Shown: positions 19,689-29,412 of the stretch, piece after piece
Layout of the letters: the number at the start of each line of letters is the position of its first letter
Numbering within the stretch: position 1 is the stretch's first letter
Assembly: GCA_018691345.1 (NCBI GenBank)
Contig: JABGTJ010000012.1
Span: 1-61,299, forward strand
Length of the DNA stretch: 61,299 nt
Direction: 5' to 3'
From: Methanobacteriota archaeon
Lineage (GTDB): Archaea; Thermoplasmatota; Poseidoniia; Poseidoniales; Poseidoniaceae
The notes under the pieces: model-generated
Databases searched by the model: none
What the model saw: the letters and a program-made list of their open reading frames with translations, nothing else
Told to the model about the DNA's origin: nothing
Made by a program: the position numbers and the translations under genes

Positions 19689-22600
19689 TTGTATGAACAT
19701 CGCACCATTTCCCTTATGAGGCATCAAACAAGCCGAACATCAGTGAAAGCAATGCGCACGTCAGTTTCCCCCACCGAGCCGCGCTTCCAATGGCAAATTC
19801 TTCAACATCGAAATGCGTTCAAATCAGTGGCTCTAACGGCCATGATGTTGCTCTCAACATTCGCAGCAATTCCTTACATCTCTATGGATGTACTTGCAGC
19901 ATCTGACCAAGATGGTGACGGTCTAACCTACGGTCTTGAGTACTTGATGAATACCGCTCCAAACGATCCAGATTCAGATAACGACGGCCTACCTGACGGT
20001 TGGGAATGGAAGTATGGACTTGACCCACTTTCCAGCAATGGCGTTGATGGTGCAGTTGGTGACCCCGATGGTGACGGAATGTCCAATTTACAAGAATACT
20101 CCTACCTTCAGCCCTCGTCTTGGGACAGTTCATCCACGCCGAGTGTATTGGACCGCGGTGTTTGGTGGAACGGCACAGTTCCAGTCAATGACTGGAACGA
20201 AGAAGATGCTCTCCAGTACAACCGTCCTGGTTGTGGTGACAGTGGCTCAGACGGCCAAGGCAGCATCATTCTTTGCGATGAAGACCCGGTAGGAAACATC
20301 TGCACCAATGGTTTTGACGATGACAAGGATGGACTTGTCGATTCGGCAGACCCGGATAATGACGGCGATGCTGACTGCTCTTCGAACGATGATGATGGCG
20401 ACGGAATCGAAGATGAGGACGTTGCTGGATGGGATACCGATGGCGACGGAATGGATGACGGTTGGGAAGCTGCAAACGGTCTCAACGCAACCTCTCCATC
20501 CAATGCCGACGGGCCAAACGGCGACCCTGATGGTGACGGTTTAATCAATCTCTTGGAATACGTGAATCCCACTTGGACAACGATGTGCGGTTCTTCTCCT
20601 TGTTTCCGAAACGGACCTGATGGTGTCGTGACGGAGACGACTTCTCCGTGTGATCCAGTCGATGGAGTGGGCCCAGGTGGGTGCGCAACCTTCACTGCTG
20701 AAGTCGATGGAATCACCTCGACCAATCCACAACGAGCTGATTCAGATGGTGACGGGTTGAACGACTCATACGAGGCGTTAACCTTGCTCACTGACCCAAC
20801 TTCGTCGGATACGGACCGAGACGGTATCCCCGATGGTGTTGAAATCAACGCCGGTTACGGGAACCCACCTCAAGCAAGCAACCCTCGAAGCAACAATACC
20901 GATGGTGATGCTTTTGATGACGGTGATGAAGATACCAATTTCAACGGCGTTCTTGATGCGGGTGAAACCGATCCGACCAGAATGGAAGATTCTGGGGATG
21001 AAGACAACGATGGAATACAAAATTGGGAAGAGAACCTTTCCTGCACATCATGGGATATTGCTGACACGGATTTCGGTGGAATCAACGATGGCGATGAGCG
21101 AAATGTGTCGCACGGTACCGACCCATGTGATTCATTGGTCAATTTTGAAACAACGGTTGTTACATGGAACGGTGGAAACGGTCAACTCGAAGTTCTCGAC
21201 GGATCTGGATTTAATCCAAGCGGAGGTGTTGGCTGGTTCAATACCTCGGGCTCTTGGATACCATTCTCCTACGCTGCAACAGTGAATAATTTCGTACAAG
21301 GTGTTTCACCTGCACCGGTTGCAGGTGTGACCCAAGTAGCGAACCGTAACGGTTCATTCTGTCACACCTCGGCAACTGCCTCTGGCACAATCGCTACGAC
21401 GCAAACCTACTGCGATGATGACTACGTCGATTCGGACGCTGATGGACTCGCAGACTGGCAGGAATTGCTCGGAACGTTCGGTTGGTTTTCTAATCCAACT
21501 CTTGCTGATACAGATGCAGACGGTGTGAGCGATTTCGATGAAGTGTTTGACAACACTGACCCTAACGAACCGTGTGTTAATCTCTTGGATGAAGACTTCG
21601 ACGGCCTCAATAACTACTTTGAAACCACGACTGGATGTGACCTTTCGTTTATTGGTATTCTGAACGGCTCTTCCGATGTCTGGGTCACCGATGACCTCAA
21701 CTTGGACACCGATGCAGGCGGAGTTAGCGATCGAGATGAATACTTCGATGGTACAAATCCAGAGAACGATCCAACGGACGACCTTCTCCCAGCAGATTTT
21801 GACGGCGATGGCGTCCCAGATGCCGTTGAGAACCAAACCGGCACAGACTGGACCAACCCCGACACCGATGGTGGAGGGATGAGTGATGGAATGGAATGCA
21901 GCCAAGAGTTCTGGGTTTTGGGTTGCGTTGGTTCACCTTTCGACCCGTTCGATCCTTCCGATGACATCACTCCTACTGAAATTGTATTTTGGGCAAACAA
22001 CACTTCAGGTGCTGTCGATACAAGTATTGTTCATCGTTGGAGAATGACCACGTATGATTTCTATACAGGCACGACCTATGCACATCTTGAGTCTGTACAT
22101 CCGTATGAAGCGGTTGTTCTGCCTTCTTCAAATCTCACTCACCTCGCTGACTTGGCTTTCGCTAACGAGACATTGGACTGGTTCATCAAGTATCAAAACC
22201 CGGTTAATGTAGGTAGCCTTCCAGTGCCTGATTCCGTTTCGAATATATCGTTCGTTGTGGATTCAGCTGGGGTATTGCAACGCTCAAATGATTCCCACAA
22301 CATACGAGTCATCACCGGCCCTGTACAAGAGATATACACGCAGCAACCCGAATACTACTTTGATTGGGCAACACTCGCTTCCACGACGGTTCCGGGTGTA
22401 AATTCACCCTATGAGTTGATTTTACCTTCATCGTTCAACGATCCATCAGATGTGAATTCATACCTGTTGAATGTCACGACAGCCGTAATATCTGAATCCG
22501 GCGCAACCAACGCATACGATAGTGCATTAGCCATCCAAGACTTCCTTGCCAACGGGAATGCAACAACTGATTTCAAACGAAATTACAACGGGTCGGACAT

Positions 22601-25600
22601 CCCTACAACAGAAGATTTGAGCGTTGGCTTAGTCCAATCGGTTTTGGAAGGAACGTGTTCTGAATTCAATACAGCATTTGTTACGATGGCTCGTCTCGCA
22701 GGACTGCCAGCCCGTAAGGTCTCAGGATTCTCAGGCGGTACATGGAACGGCGAAGGATACACCGTTTACTCCAATGATTTGACGACTTGGGGCGAAGTTC
22801 GACTGCAACAAAATGCAGCAAACGGCGATACTGATCTTGGCTGGATTGCTTTCGATGCATGTCCTGCCGCTGAGGAAGTAGAAATTGTCAACCAGAGCAT
22901 CTCATCGTTCCAGTACGACCGTGATGCCAGCAGCACCCTCACCGTATCTGGACAACTTCGGTTTACTGAAAATGCAAGTGCTATCCCAATCCTGCCGCTT
23001 GTAGGATACTTAGTCCCCGTAGGACTTGAGAGCCAAGTCCCGGGCGCTGCCTCAATTCCGAGTTTCCAAATAGGTTCAGAAGTCACGCTTTCCAATGGTA
23101 CATTCAACTTCACCGGTTCGCCACCAGAACTGGCAGGCCCCGGTATGTACCGAGTTGTCGTAAAACTTGATCAACAAGGCTATGTTTCTGAATCTGGAAT
23201 TGTTTTCGACGGTTATGTCAATGTTACCGATGACTCTGTCATCAATCATACAGGCCCGAATGCAATAAATGCTCCAATTGCCGGTGCTGGAGCAGTTACT
23301 GTTATCGAAGGGACACTAAAGTTGGAGAGTCCACCCTTCGACGCTGTTCAGAGCATTGGAATACTGGATGATTCCCCACCTGAAGTTTGGCTTTCATTTA
23401 CTTCTTCTGTCAACGGTTTCACAAATTTGAGCAGTTCAATTAATCTCGATGGTTCATGGAGCATCGAGCTTGAACTCGACCCATTGGAAACCAAAACGAA
23501 TGTTTCTGCAACACTCGGCTTCTCCGGATGGCAAGACACGCAAATTGTGGGCCTTACTCCGGTTCAATTCCATTTGCGACCAACGACTACAGCAATTCTG
23601 ATTGATGTACGTGACGCACCGAACCTGACAGCCACTCTTGAAGGCCCGTTGACGAACAAGAGTATTCTTGTCATCAACGATAACCTATGGGTCAATGGCA
23701 GTGCGTTAACAACGGGTGCTTCACCTGTTGCTATGGCAGGAAACCTTTCATTATCCATCCGTCAAAACGGAACTTCCAATGATTGGCTCGAAGTGTTCAA
23801 CAGGACAGTGAATGGGGCGTTCAGTCTTCAGCATCTCCTAACGGCTGCCGATGCACAAGTCTTGGCAGGCGAAATTGGGGTTCAACTTCGATTCTTCCCT
23901 GACGCTATCGAAGCGACAGATGATGCAAACCTCTCTTCAAGCGCTCCGCACCTCCTTCGTGGTTTCCTCGAGTTTGAGGTGCTGGCAAGTTCACAACTGC
24001 GAGGTTCAGAATCCTCAATTCTGGTGACTGTTTTCGACCATCGCGGGCTCTCGAGCGACCTCTTTGTCTCCGGCAACTTTGATTTCGGATTCAATGGCTC
24101 TTGGGTAAATACGACCGTCGACCCGATTTCAGAGACGATGACCATCAGTTGGCTTATTGATTCAACACTTCTCGCTGGAGATTATCCATTCTCGATTTCG
24201 TTCAACGGTTCTGACTTGTATCAGCCATCAACCGGCCTCTCTCAGATTCGCGTGGCTGCTGAAGTTGATTGGAACCTCAGTGTAAGTCAAGATTGGACGC
24301 ATATCGGTAATTCAAGTTACATTTTTGGAGATATTTTTGATGCACAGTACCCGAATGTGAAAGTTCTCGGCGATAACATCACCATGCTGACTTTGACGAT
24401 GTTCAACTTAGAAGGGCAACCGTTTGACCTTTCGCAAGGTTTCTTGAACAACACGACTGGAAGTTTCAACCTGAGTTTCACTGCGCCGATAACCAGTCCT
24501 TCGAATGCATACGATGTGATTCTCGGCATGGATTTCGACACAATGGCTCCGGCTGGTGGCTCCTATTACCGATTTGTCGATTCTGCTTTACCTCCTGCAA
24601 CTCCACTCCTACCTACCACACTTGTTGGTATTGAATCCGAGTTTGTGGTTGAGCCAGTGAGGGATGCTGTCATTGTCGAAATGAACCAATCCGTTGACTT
24701 CATTGCAAAAATCACCGACCTCGCTGATAAATCAAACGTATCAGGCGCAAATACAGAATTCATTTTCGATTGGGGTAACACCAACACATCGATGGGCTTT
24801 GGTGTATCCGATGCAGAAGGTAACTCTACCTTGCAATGGACTGCTACTGGAATTAATCCAGGATACTACGACGTCTTGGTTACCGTATACGATGATCTCA
24901 CCGACGGTCTTGCGGTTGGTAACTCCCGTCGAACAGGCAATTCTTCTATTGTCAATTTGACTGTGCAGGTGCCCAGTGACATTCGACTCGATTCCGTTCC
25001 AACCGTTGCGACCGCAGGTATTGATTTCAACGTCCTCGGACAAGTTCTCGACGCTGATGACCCAACTCGCCCACTAACTTCCCCTGTCGAAATGTCAGCC
25101 TTTTGGTTAAGTAATCCTAACGAACTGTTGGTCTCTTCGTACCAGACGTCTCCGAATGGCACATTCAACATGAGCGTTCCAACCGACACATCCGGTAACG
25201 GTACTCTGCGCGGTGACAGGACTTTGATCATCACGGTCATCGAAGGCTCATCACCGTTCTATCTCACGGCTACAACGCAATCTGGCATACTCATCATGGG
25301 TGTCAGTCAATTCAACAATATTCAGCCGTTGAATCCAATTACAGTGAACAGAGGCTCGACTGTCAACATCACAGCGCGGTTGCTTGAATCTTCCAATCTC
25401 TTCGCTCCGCTTTCAGGATTCGATGTGGACATTCAATTCCACGAAACCTGGCTGACAGGTACTCAAACGGACGGCGAAGGATTTGCGAACTTTAGCCACC
25501 TTGTCCCATTGTCACATCCATTGGGATTGATTGTGGTCACCTTGGTCTTCAACGGTTCAGCAGACTTGCTGTCCACGCAAGTGAACCTCTCAACCGTGAC

Positions 25601-28600
25601 CATACGTTCGACGACTGTAATGATTGTTGATCCAATTGCTGCAAATCCAATTGCTGGAACTTCGTTCAATGTATCAGGCCGTGTACTTAGCGACAATGGC
25701 AGTGGACTTGAACAGCGTGATGGCAGTGTATTACCGTCAAACATTCTCTTCAGCATAAACGGACAACCGGTTGGTTTCACCGTAACCGGTGGTTCGGTGA
25801 CTGCTGGTGGCCTATGGAATGCTTCTCTCTTATTGGGTGAAGCGTTTGAAGCAGGGAACAACTCTCTGGAAGCTTCGTATGTACCTGGCGTAAACTACTA
25901 CATTGGCTCAACAAGTAATACATCATTCGACAGCCGAGGTTTCTCGACGCTTGTGTTTGTCAAACCATCATTGGATGGAATAGGCTCCCCTTCATTGAAC
26001 GACCGAACAGAACGTGGTGAGAGCGTTACTGTTCAGGTTCTCCTCCGTGATAACACGCTTTCACCGATTTCAGCTCAGCAAGTGTTGGTTCGCCTCATTG
26101 GTACTGATGTAAGCACTACATTGACCACTTTCGAGAACGGAACCGCATACGGTTCCCTTGTTGTACCGTCGAATCAGAGTGTTGGATTCAATGATTTAGA
26201 GGTTATTTTCTCGGGAACTCCGGGTACTACGGGAATACTCGGTTCGAATACTTCGACCCAATTCGTTGTTCTCGCTCAGACTGGTATCGTCATCACTTCA
26301 TCTCCCGCAACGCTAGTCGCTGGTGATTCTTTCAGTGTCGAAGGTATTCTGTTGGACGACCTCAACCAAAGTCTTGCCATTGATGGCGTTCCATCACTTG
26401 CTATCATCCACCTGCTGATTGATGGCGTGCCCGTTTCGAGTGTTGAGACGAATGCAAGCAACGGAAACTTCTCGGTCGCATGGACGCTTCCTGAGAACAC
26501 TGCGGCTGGAGCTCATCAGATTGAAGTCCGCTTCCTTGGTGGTCGTGACTGGGTAGACCCAATTGGAGTTGGTGACCCACCGAACCCTGATTATTATCTG
26601 CCCAGCAGTGCGCAAGTCGACTTTAATGTCAGTGTGCCAACAAAGATTCTCCTCTTGACCGCTACCGGTGAAGTTGATCGTGAAGCATTGATGACCATTC
26701 AGGGCCGCTTAGTGGACTTGGTCGACGCCCCTCTTGACAATCTCAGCGTTGAGGTTTGGCTAGGTGGTCAATGGATGACGAACGTTTCGACCGATGAAAC
26801 AGGTTTGTTTACTGCTGTTTACCCTGTTCCTGCTGATGCTCAATTGGGCCCAGTTGATTTAGAAATTCGTTTCACTGGAACTCCATTCTACCTTCCAAGC
26901 AATGCGACAGGCACGTGGAACATATTCAGTCCGATTCTCGTAACTGTCTTGATGGAAAGCCCAGTGGCCGTAGGTCAGAACACCACAATCACTGGGACCG
27001 TCGTCGACAACCAATTGCTAGGTATCGCTGATCTGGATGTTGACATCGAAGTTGAAGGCTTGATTATTACAACTGTTCGGACCGACTCAACCGGCGCATT
27101 CACCTATGATTGGACGGTCCCAGATACGTTTGGGTTCGGTAATAACTCGCTCTTTGCAGTTGTTGATGCTCAAGGCTTCTATCGCTCGAACACGGGCAAT
27201 ACCACGTTCTTCTTGGCACACCGCTCGGATGTAACCCTCATCTTTGATGATGGAAAGGATGTGACTCGCGGAAATCTTTGGACACTGTCTGGACGACTGT
27301 ATGACATTGATACGGTCAACAACGACGGCCTTGCAGGCATGGAACTCAGTCTTCGACTCGATGATGTTGAATTGATGACTTTAACCACTCAAGATGACGG
27401 TAGTTGGTCTGCAGTCGTCCCAGCAACACTTGACCTCCTTCGTGGCGACCACCTCTTCACCGTTTACTTCGAAGGAACACAAGCGCACTTGGGTACCCAG
27501 TCAACCGGAACTGCAACAGTTTGGGCGAATGCTCAAATTACAATCGATGAAACGTCATCGAATATCGTTGTTCGTTCAGATTCGACGTTCGCTCCAATTG
27601 TTCTTACCGGCTCCATCTCGGAGATTGGTGGATTGGGTGAGGTATTCGATAATGTGACTTTGTACTTGGGTAACGGCTCGCAATGTTTGGCTCAGAAAGA
27701 CGGGGCTCGTTGCTTGGACAATCTGCTCATCGACTGGGCAAATGGAAACTTCACGTTAACTGCAACTGCACCATCGTACCTTTCATCAGGTTCTCAATAC
27801 CTTCATTTGGAAACGCCGAGACATGATGATCACTATCTCAATGCTGCAAGTTCAGCCCACCCTGTTTACGTTAAAATTAACGCTGATATCTTGGTGACTT
27901 TGGACGAGATTGTCGAAAACCAGCAAGAAGACGTAGGAGGTTCAATTTTGATTACCGCTGAAGATACAAAGCAAGGAGTGGCTGGAATTACGGTCACTAT
28001 TTACATGTATTCTGAGAACGGCACCCAGCTTTCGAATCCACTGCAACCTTTGACAGATGCAGACGGTGTGGCAGAGTTTGATTTCAAGTCCGACCCTCCA
28101 TACGGGAATGTAGACGAATGGGGCATGGTTACGCTTGAAATTCTTGTCAATGACCCCCGACTTTCTCAACAGACCTTAGATGAGTTTGCTTTGGATGCAG
28201 GACAAGCCTCGATGCTCACATACAAGTTCCAAGAAGAAGAAAAGCAAATACCGTCATGGGCCTATGTTTTGACACTGCTTCTACTTGGGCTGGTCACTGC
28301 TGGCGTGGTCATGTATCGTCGCCGCCAATCCGCTGAGTTACTCCAAGAGGCTGCTGAAGTGTTCGCATACACAGCAGAACTGCTTGCTGCTGGAGATTCA
28401 GTGCGTGAATCGATTTTCACCTGCTATCAAAATCTGTGTTCGATTTTCCAACAAAATGGATTCCTACGACGTGATTTCGAAACGGTTCGTGAGTTTGAGA
28501 TGGCGATTCGCCAAGCAATGCCTCAGATTTCTGATGAGGCACTGCTTGCACTTGACAACATGTTTGAGCAAGCCAGGTACAGCCGTGAAGAAATGGGAGA

Positions 28601-28682
28601 GCAACATCAAGCTGCTGCGACCCAGGCTCTCGGCCGAATGGGTGAGGAAATATCGAATTTGACGAAGATTCCTCCTCGTTGA
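19689..28682 (+). CDS. Giant (about 2990 aa) surface protein: thrombospondin-type-3 Ca-binding repeats, a transglutaminase-like core, many Ig-like repeats, a C-terminal TM and a DUF4129-like cytoplasmic tail
   Basis: Uninterrupted 8994 nt ORF. The first in-frame ATG is at 19716, so the start is uncertain. DxDxDGxxDxxE repeats span about 19900-21950. The TGase-like core is GTCSEFNTAFVTMARLAGLPARKVSGF...WGEV...WIAFDA at about 22640-22870. The TM is LTLLLLGLVTAGVVMY, followed by a tail with ETVREFEMAIR...FEQARYSREE. Confidence 0.8.
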   Translation: MYEHRTISLMRHQTSRTSVKAMRTSVSPTEPRFQWQILQHRNAFKSVALTAMMLLSTFAAIPYISMDVLAASDQDGDGLTYGLEYLMNTAPNDPDSDNDGLPDGWEWKYGLDPLSSNGVDGAVGDPDGDGMSNLQEYSYLQPSSWDSSSTPSVLDRGVWWNGTVPVNDWNEEDALQYNRPGCGDSGSDGQGSIILCDEDPVGNICTNGFDDDKDGLVDSADPDNDGDADCSSNDDDGDGIEDEDVAGWDTDGDGMDDGWEAANGLNATSPSNADGPNGDPDGDGLINLLEYVNPTWTTMCGSSPCFRNGPDGVVTETTSPCDPVDGVGPGGCATFTAEVDGITSTNPQRADSDGDGLNDSYEALTLLTDPTSSDTDRDGIPDGVEINAGYGNPPQASNPRSNNTDGDAFDDGDEDTNFNGVLDAGETDPTRMEDSGDEDNDGIQNWEENLSCTSWDIADTDFGGINDGDERNVSHGTDPCDSLVNFETTVVTWNGGNGQLEVLDGSGFNPSGGVGWFNTSGSWIPFSYAATVNNFVQGVSPAPVAGVTQVANRNGSFCHTSATASGTIATTQTYCDDDYVDSDADGLADWQELLGTFGWFSNPTLADTDADGVSDFDEVFDNTDPNEPCVNLLDEDFDGLNNYFETTTGCDLSFIGILNGSSDVWVTDDLNLDTDAGGVSDRDEYFDGTNPENDPTDDLLPADFDGDGVPDAVENQTGTDWTNPDTDGGGMSDGMECSQEFWVLGCVGSPFDPFDPSDDITPTEIVFWANNTSGAVDTSIVHRWRMTTYDFYTGTTYAHLESVHPYEAVVLPSSNLTHLADLAFANETLDWFIKYQNPVNVGSLPVPDSVSNISFVVDSAGVLQRSNDSHNIRVITGPVQEIYTQQPEYYFDWATLASTTVPGVNSPYELILPSSFNDPSDVNSYLLNVTTAVISESGATNAYDSALAIQDFLANGNATTDFKRNYNGSDIPTTEDLSVGLVQSVLEGTCSEFNTAFVTMARLAGLPARKVSGFSGGTWNGEGYTVYSNDLTTWGEVRLQQNAANGDTDLGWIAFDACPAAEEVEIVNQSISSFQYDRDASSTLTVSGQLRFTENASAIPILPLVGYLVPVGLESQVPGAASIPSFQIGSEVTLSNGTFNFTGSPPELAGPGMYRVVVKLDQQGYVSESGIVFDGYVNVTDDSVINHTGPNAINAPIAGAGAVTVIEGTLKLESPPFDAVQSIGILDDSPPEVWLSFTSSVNGFTNLSSSINLDGSWSIELELDPLETKTNVSATLGFSGWQDTQIVGLTPVQFHLRPTTTAILIDVRDAPNLTATLEGPLTNKSILVINDNLWVNGSALTTGASPVAMAGNLSLSIRQNGTSNDWLEVFNRTVNGAFSLQHLLTAADAQVLAGEIGVQLRFFPDAIEATDDANLSSSAPHLLRGFLEFEVLASSQLRGSESSILVTVFDHRGLSSDLFVSGNFDFGFNGSWVNTTVDPISETMTISWLIDSTLLAGDYPFSISFNGSDLYQPSTGLSQIRVAAEVDWNLSVSQDWTHIGNSSYIFGDIFDAQYPNVKVLGDNITMLTLTMFNLEGQPFDLSQGFLNNTTGSFNLSFTAPITSPSNAYDVILGMDFDTMAPAGGSYYRFVDSALPPATPLLPTTLVGIESEFVVEPVRDAVIVEMNQSVDFIAKITDLADKSNVSGANTEFIFDWGNTNTSMGFGVSDAEGNSTLQWTATGINPGYYDVLVTVYDDLTDGLAVGNSRRTGNSSIVNLTVQVPSDIRLDSVPTVATAGIDFNVLGQVLDADDPTRPLTSPVEMSAFWLSNPNELLVSSYQTSPNGTFNMSVPTDTSGNGTLRGDRTLIITVIEGSSPFYLTATTQSGILIMGVSQFNNIQPLNPITVNRGSTVNITARLLESSNLFAPLSGFDVDIQFHETWLTGTQTDGEGFANFSHLVPLSHPLGLIVVTLVFNGSADLLSTQVNLSTVTIRSTTVMIVDPIAANPIAGTSFNVSGRVLSDNGSGLEQRDGSVLPSNILFSINGQPVGFTVTGGSVTAGGLWNASLLLGEAFEAGNNSLEASYVPGVNYYIGSTSNTSFDSRGFSTLVFVKPSLDGIGSPSLNDRTERGESVTVQVLLRDNTLSPISAQQVLVRLIGTDVSTTLTTFENGTAYGSLVVPSNQSVGFNDLEVIFSGTPGTTGILGSNTSTQFVVLAQTGIVITSSPATLVAGDSFSVEGILLDDLNQSLAIDGVPSLAIIHLLIDGVPVSSVETNASNGNFSVAWTLPENTAAGAHQIEVRFLGGRDWVDPIGVGDPPNPDYYLPSSAQVDFNVSVPTKILLLTATGEVDREALMTIQGRLVDLVDAPLDNLSVEVWLGGQWMTNVSTDETGLFTAVYPVPADAQLGPVDLEIRFTGTPFYLPSNATGTWNIFSPILVTVLMESPVAVGQNTTITGTVVDNQLLGIADLDVDIEVEGLIITTVRTDSTGAFTYDWTVPDTFGFGNNSLFAVVDAQGFYRSNTGNTTFFLAHRSDVTLIFDDGKDVTRGNLWTLSGRLYDIDTVNNDGLAGMELSLRLDDVELMTLTTQDDGSWSAVVPATLDLLRGDHLFTVYFEGTQAHLGTQSTGTATVWANAQITIDETSSNIVVRSDSTFAPIVLTGSISEIGGLGEVFDNVTLYLGNGSQCLAQKDGARCLDNLLIDWANGNFTLTATAPSYLSSGSQYLHLETPRHDDHYLNAASSAHPVYVKINADILVTLDEIVENQQEDVGGSILITAEDTKQGVAGITVTIYMYSENGTQLSNPLQPLTDADGVAEFDFKSDPPYGNVDEWGMVTLEILVNDPRLSQQTLDEFALDAGQASMLTYKFQEEEKQIPSWAYVLTLLLLGLVTAGVVMYRRRQSAELLQEAAEVFAYTAELLAAGDSVRESIFTCYQNLCSIFQQNGFLRRDFETVREFEMAIRQAMPQISDEALLALDNMFEQARYSREEMGEQHQAAATQALGRMGEEISNLTKIPPR

Positions 28683-28880
28683 AGTTCTTTCAAGCCAGTG
28701 AGAGTTTCTTGTCGGAGAGGAGACAATCCACTTCTCGAGTTGCAATTGACGCTCATCGCCGATAATGGTTTGAGATTCTCGATGCGACGATGCTTGGAAA
28801 AATCGGAGGGCGTTGGCGCATCTTTACCGTTGAACAGAATGTGAATTCTCGCTACCAATGGCAACGATTGTTCTCCAAGA

Positions 28881-29381
28881 TTACCAACGAAGATGGAGTC
28901 GGCCATTCATGAAATGGGCCTTGACTTCTCCTGCATCAGCCGGAAGTGGAACGACTCGTAGAAGGTCGTCGTGCTCTGCTTCTTTGACGACGAGTCGAAG
29001 TTTACGGTGTGCTTCATCTTGAAGCGTCGAGACCTCAATATCGCTGCCTTTTGCGCCATGGAGTGGAATCGTTAGACCATCAGGGTTGACCGTCCCATGT
29101 AATTGTTCGACCATCCATGCAAGTTGGCGCTCAGGGGCGACTTCAGCAAGGTGGGACTCAGGAATCATTCCAGCAGCAACCATCACCTGTTGGTGGTTCA
29201 TTTGCACTTCTGAAAGGTGGTCTGCTTGAACTTGGAAATCAGCGTGCAATTGCTCGGGCTGAGCGTCAAGTCCTACAGGGCTTGCATGTGCCTCTTTCAC
29301 ATCTTCAATTTCCGAAGAATTTGTCTCTAAGACTACGGGCTCCCATGTCGACATGTTACCTCGGTTGTGTGCGGCCTCCAT
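28881..29381 (-). CDS. Hypothetical protein, possibly Hsp20/alpha-crystallin-like
   Basis: 166 aa ORF 31 nt downstream of xpd. Its C-terminal third (LHGAKGSDIEVS...LLRVVPLPADAGEVKAHFMNGRLHLRW) resembles the end of an alpha-crystallin domain. This is a weak motif-level match. Confidence 0.35.
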   Translation of the reverse strand: MEAAHNRGNMSTWEPVVLETNSSEIEDVKEAHASPVGLDAQPEQLHADFQVQADHLSEVQMNHQQVMVAAGMIPESHLAEVAPERQLAWMVEQLHGTVNPDGLTIPLHGAKGSDIEVSTLQDEAHRKLRLVVKEAEHDDLLRVVPLPADAGEVKAHFMNGRLHLRW

Positions 29382-29412
29382 GAACCTTCGTCCTCCAAAG
29401 TTTCACTTGATT

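Noticed and set aside
20108-20848. 246 aa antisense ORF, along with others such as 21354-21905 and 22766-23113, inside the giant adhesin gene
   Set aside because: These are opposite-strand or off-frame readings of Asp/Gly/Ser-rich repeat codons. The composition is low-complexity Ser/Pro-rich, and the 8994 nt sense ORF is far better supported.
28607-28906. 99 aa minus-strand ORF starting MADSIFVGNL, which resembles the RRM RNP2 motif
   Set aside because: There is no RNP1 motif. It overlaps the 3' ends of both the giant adhesin gene and the 28881-29381 ORF, so the IFVGNL match is probably chance.
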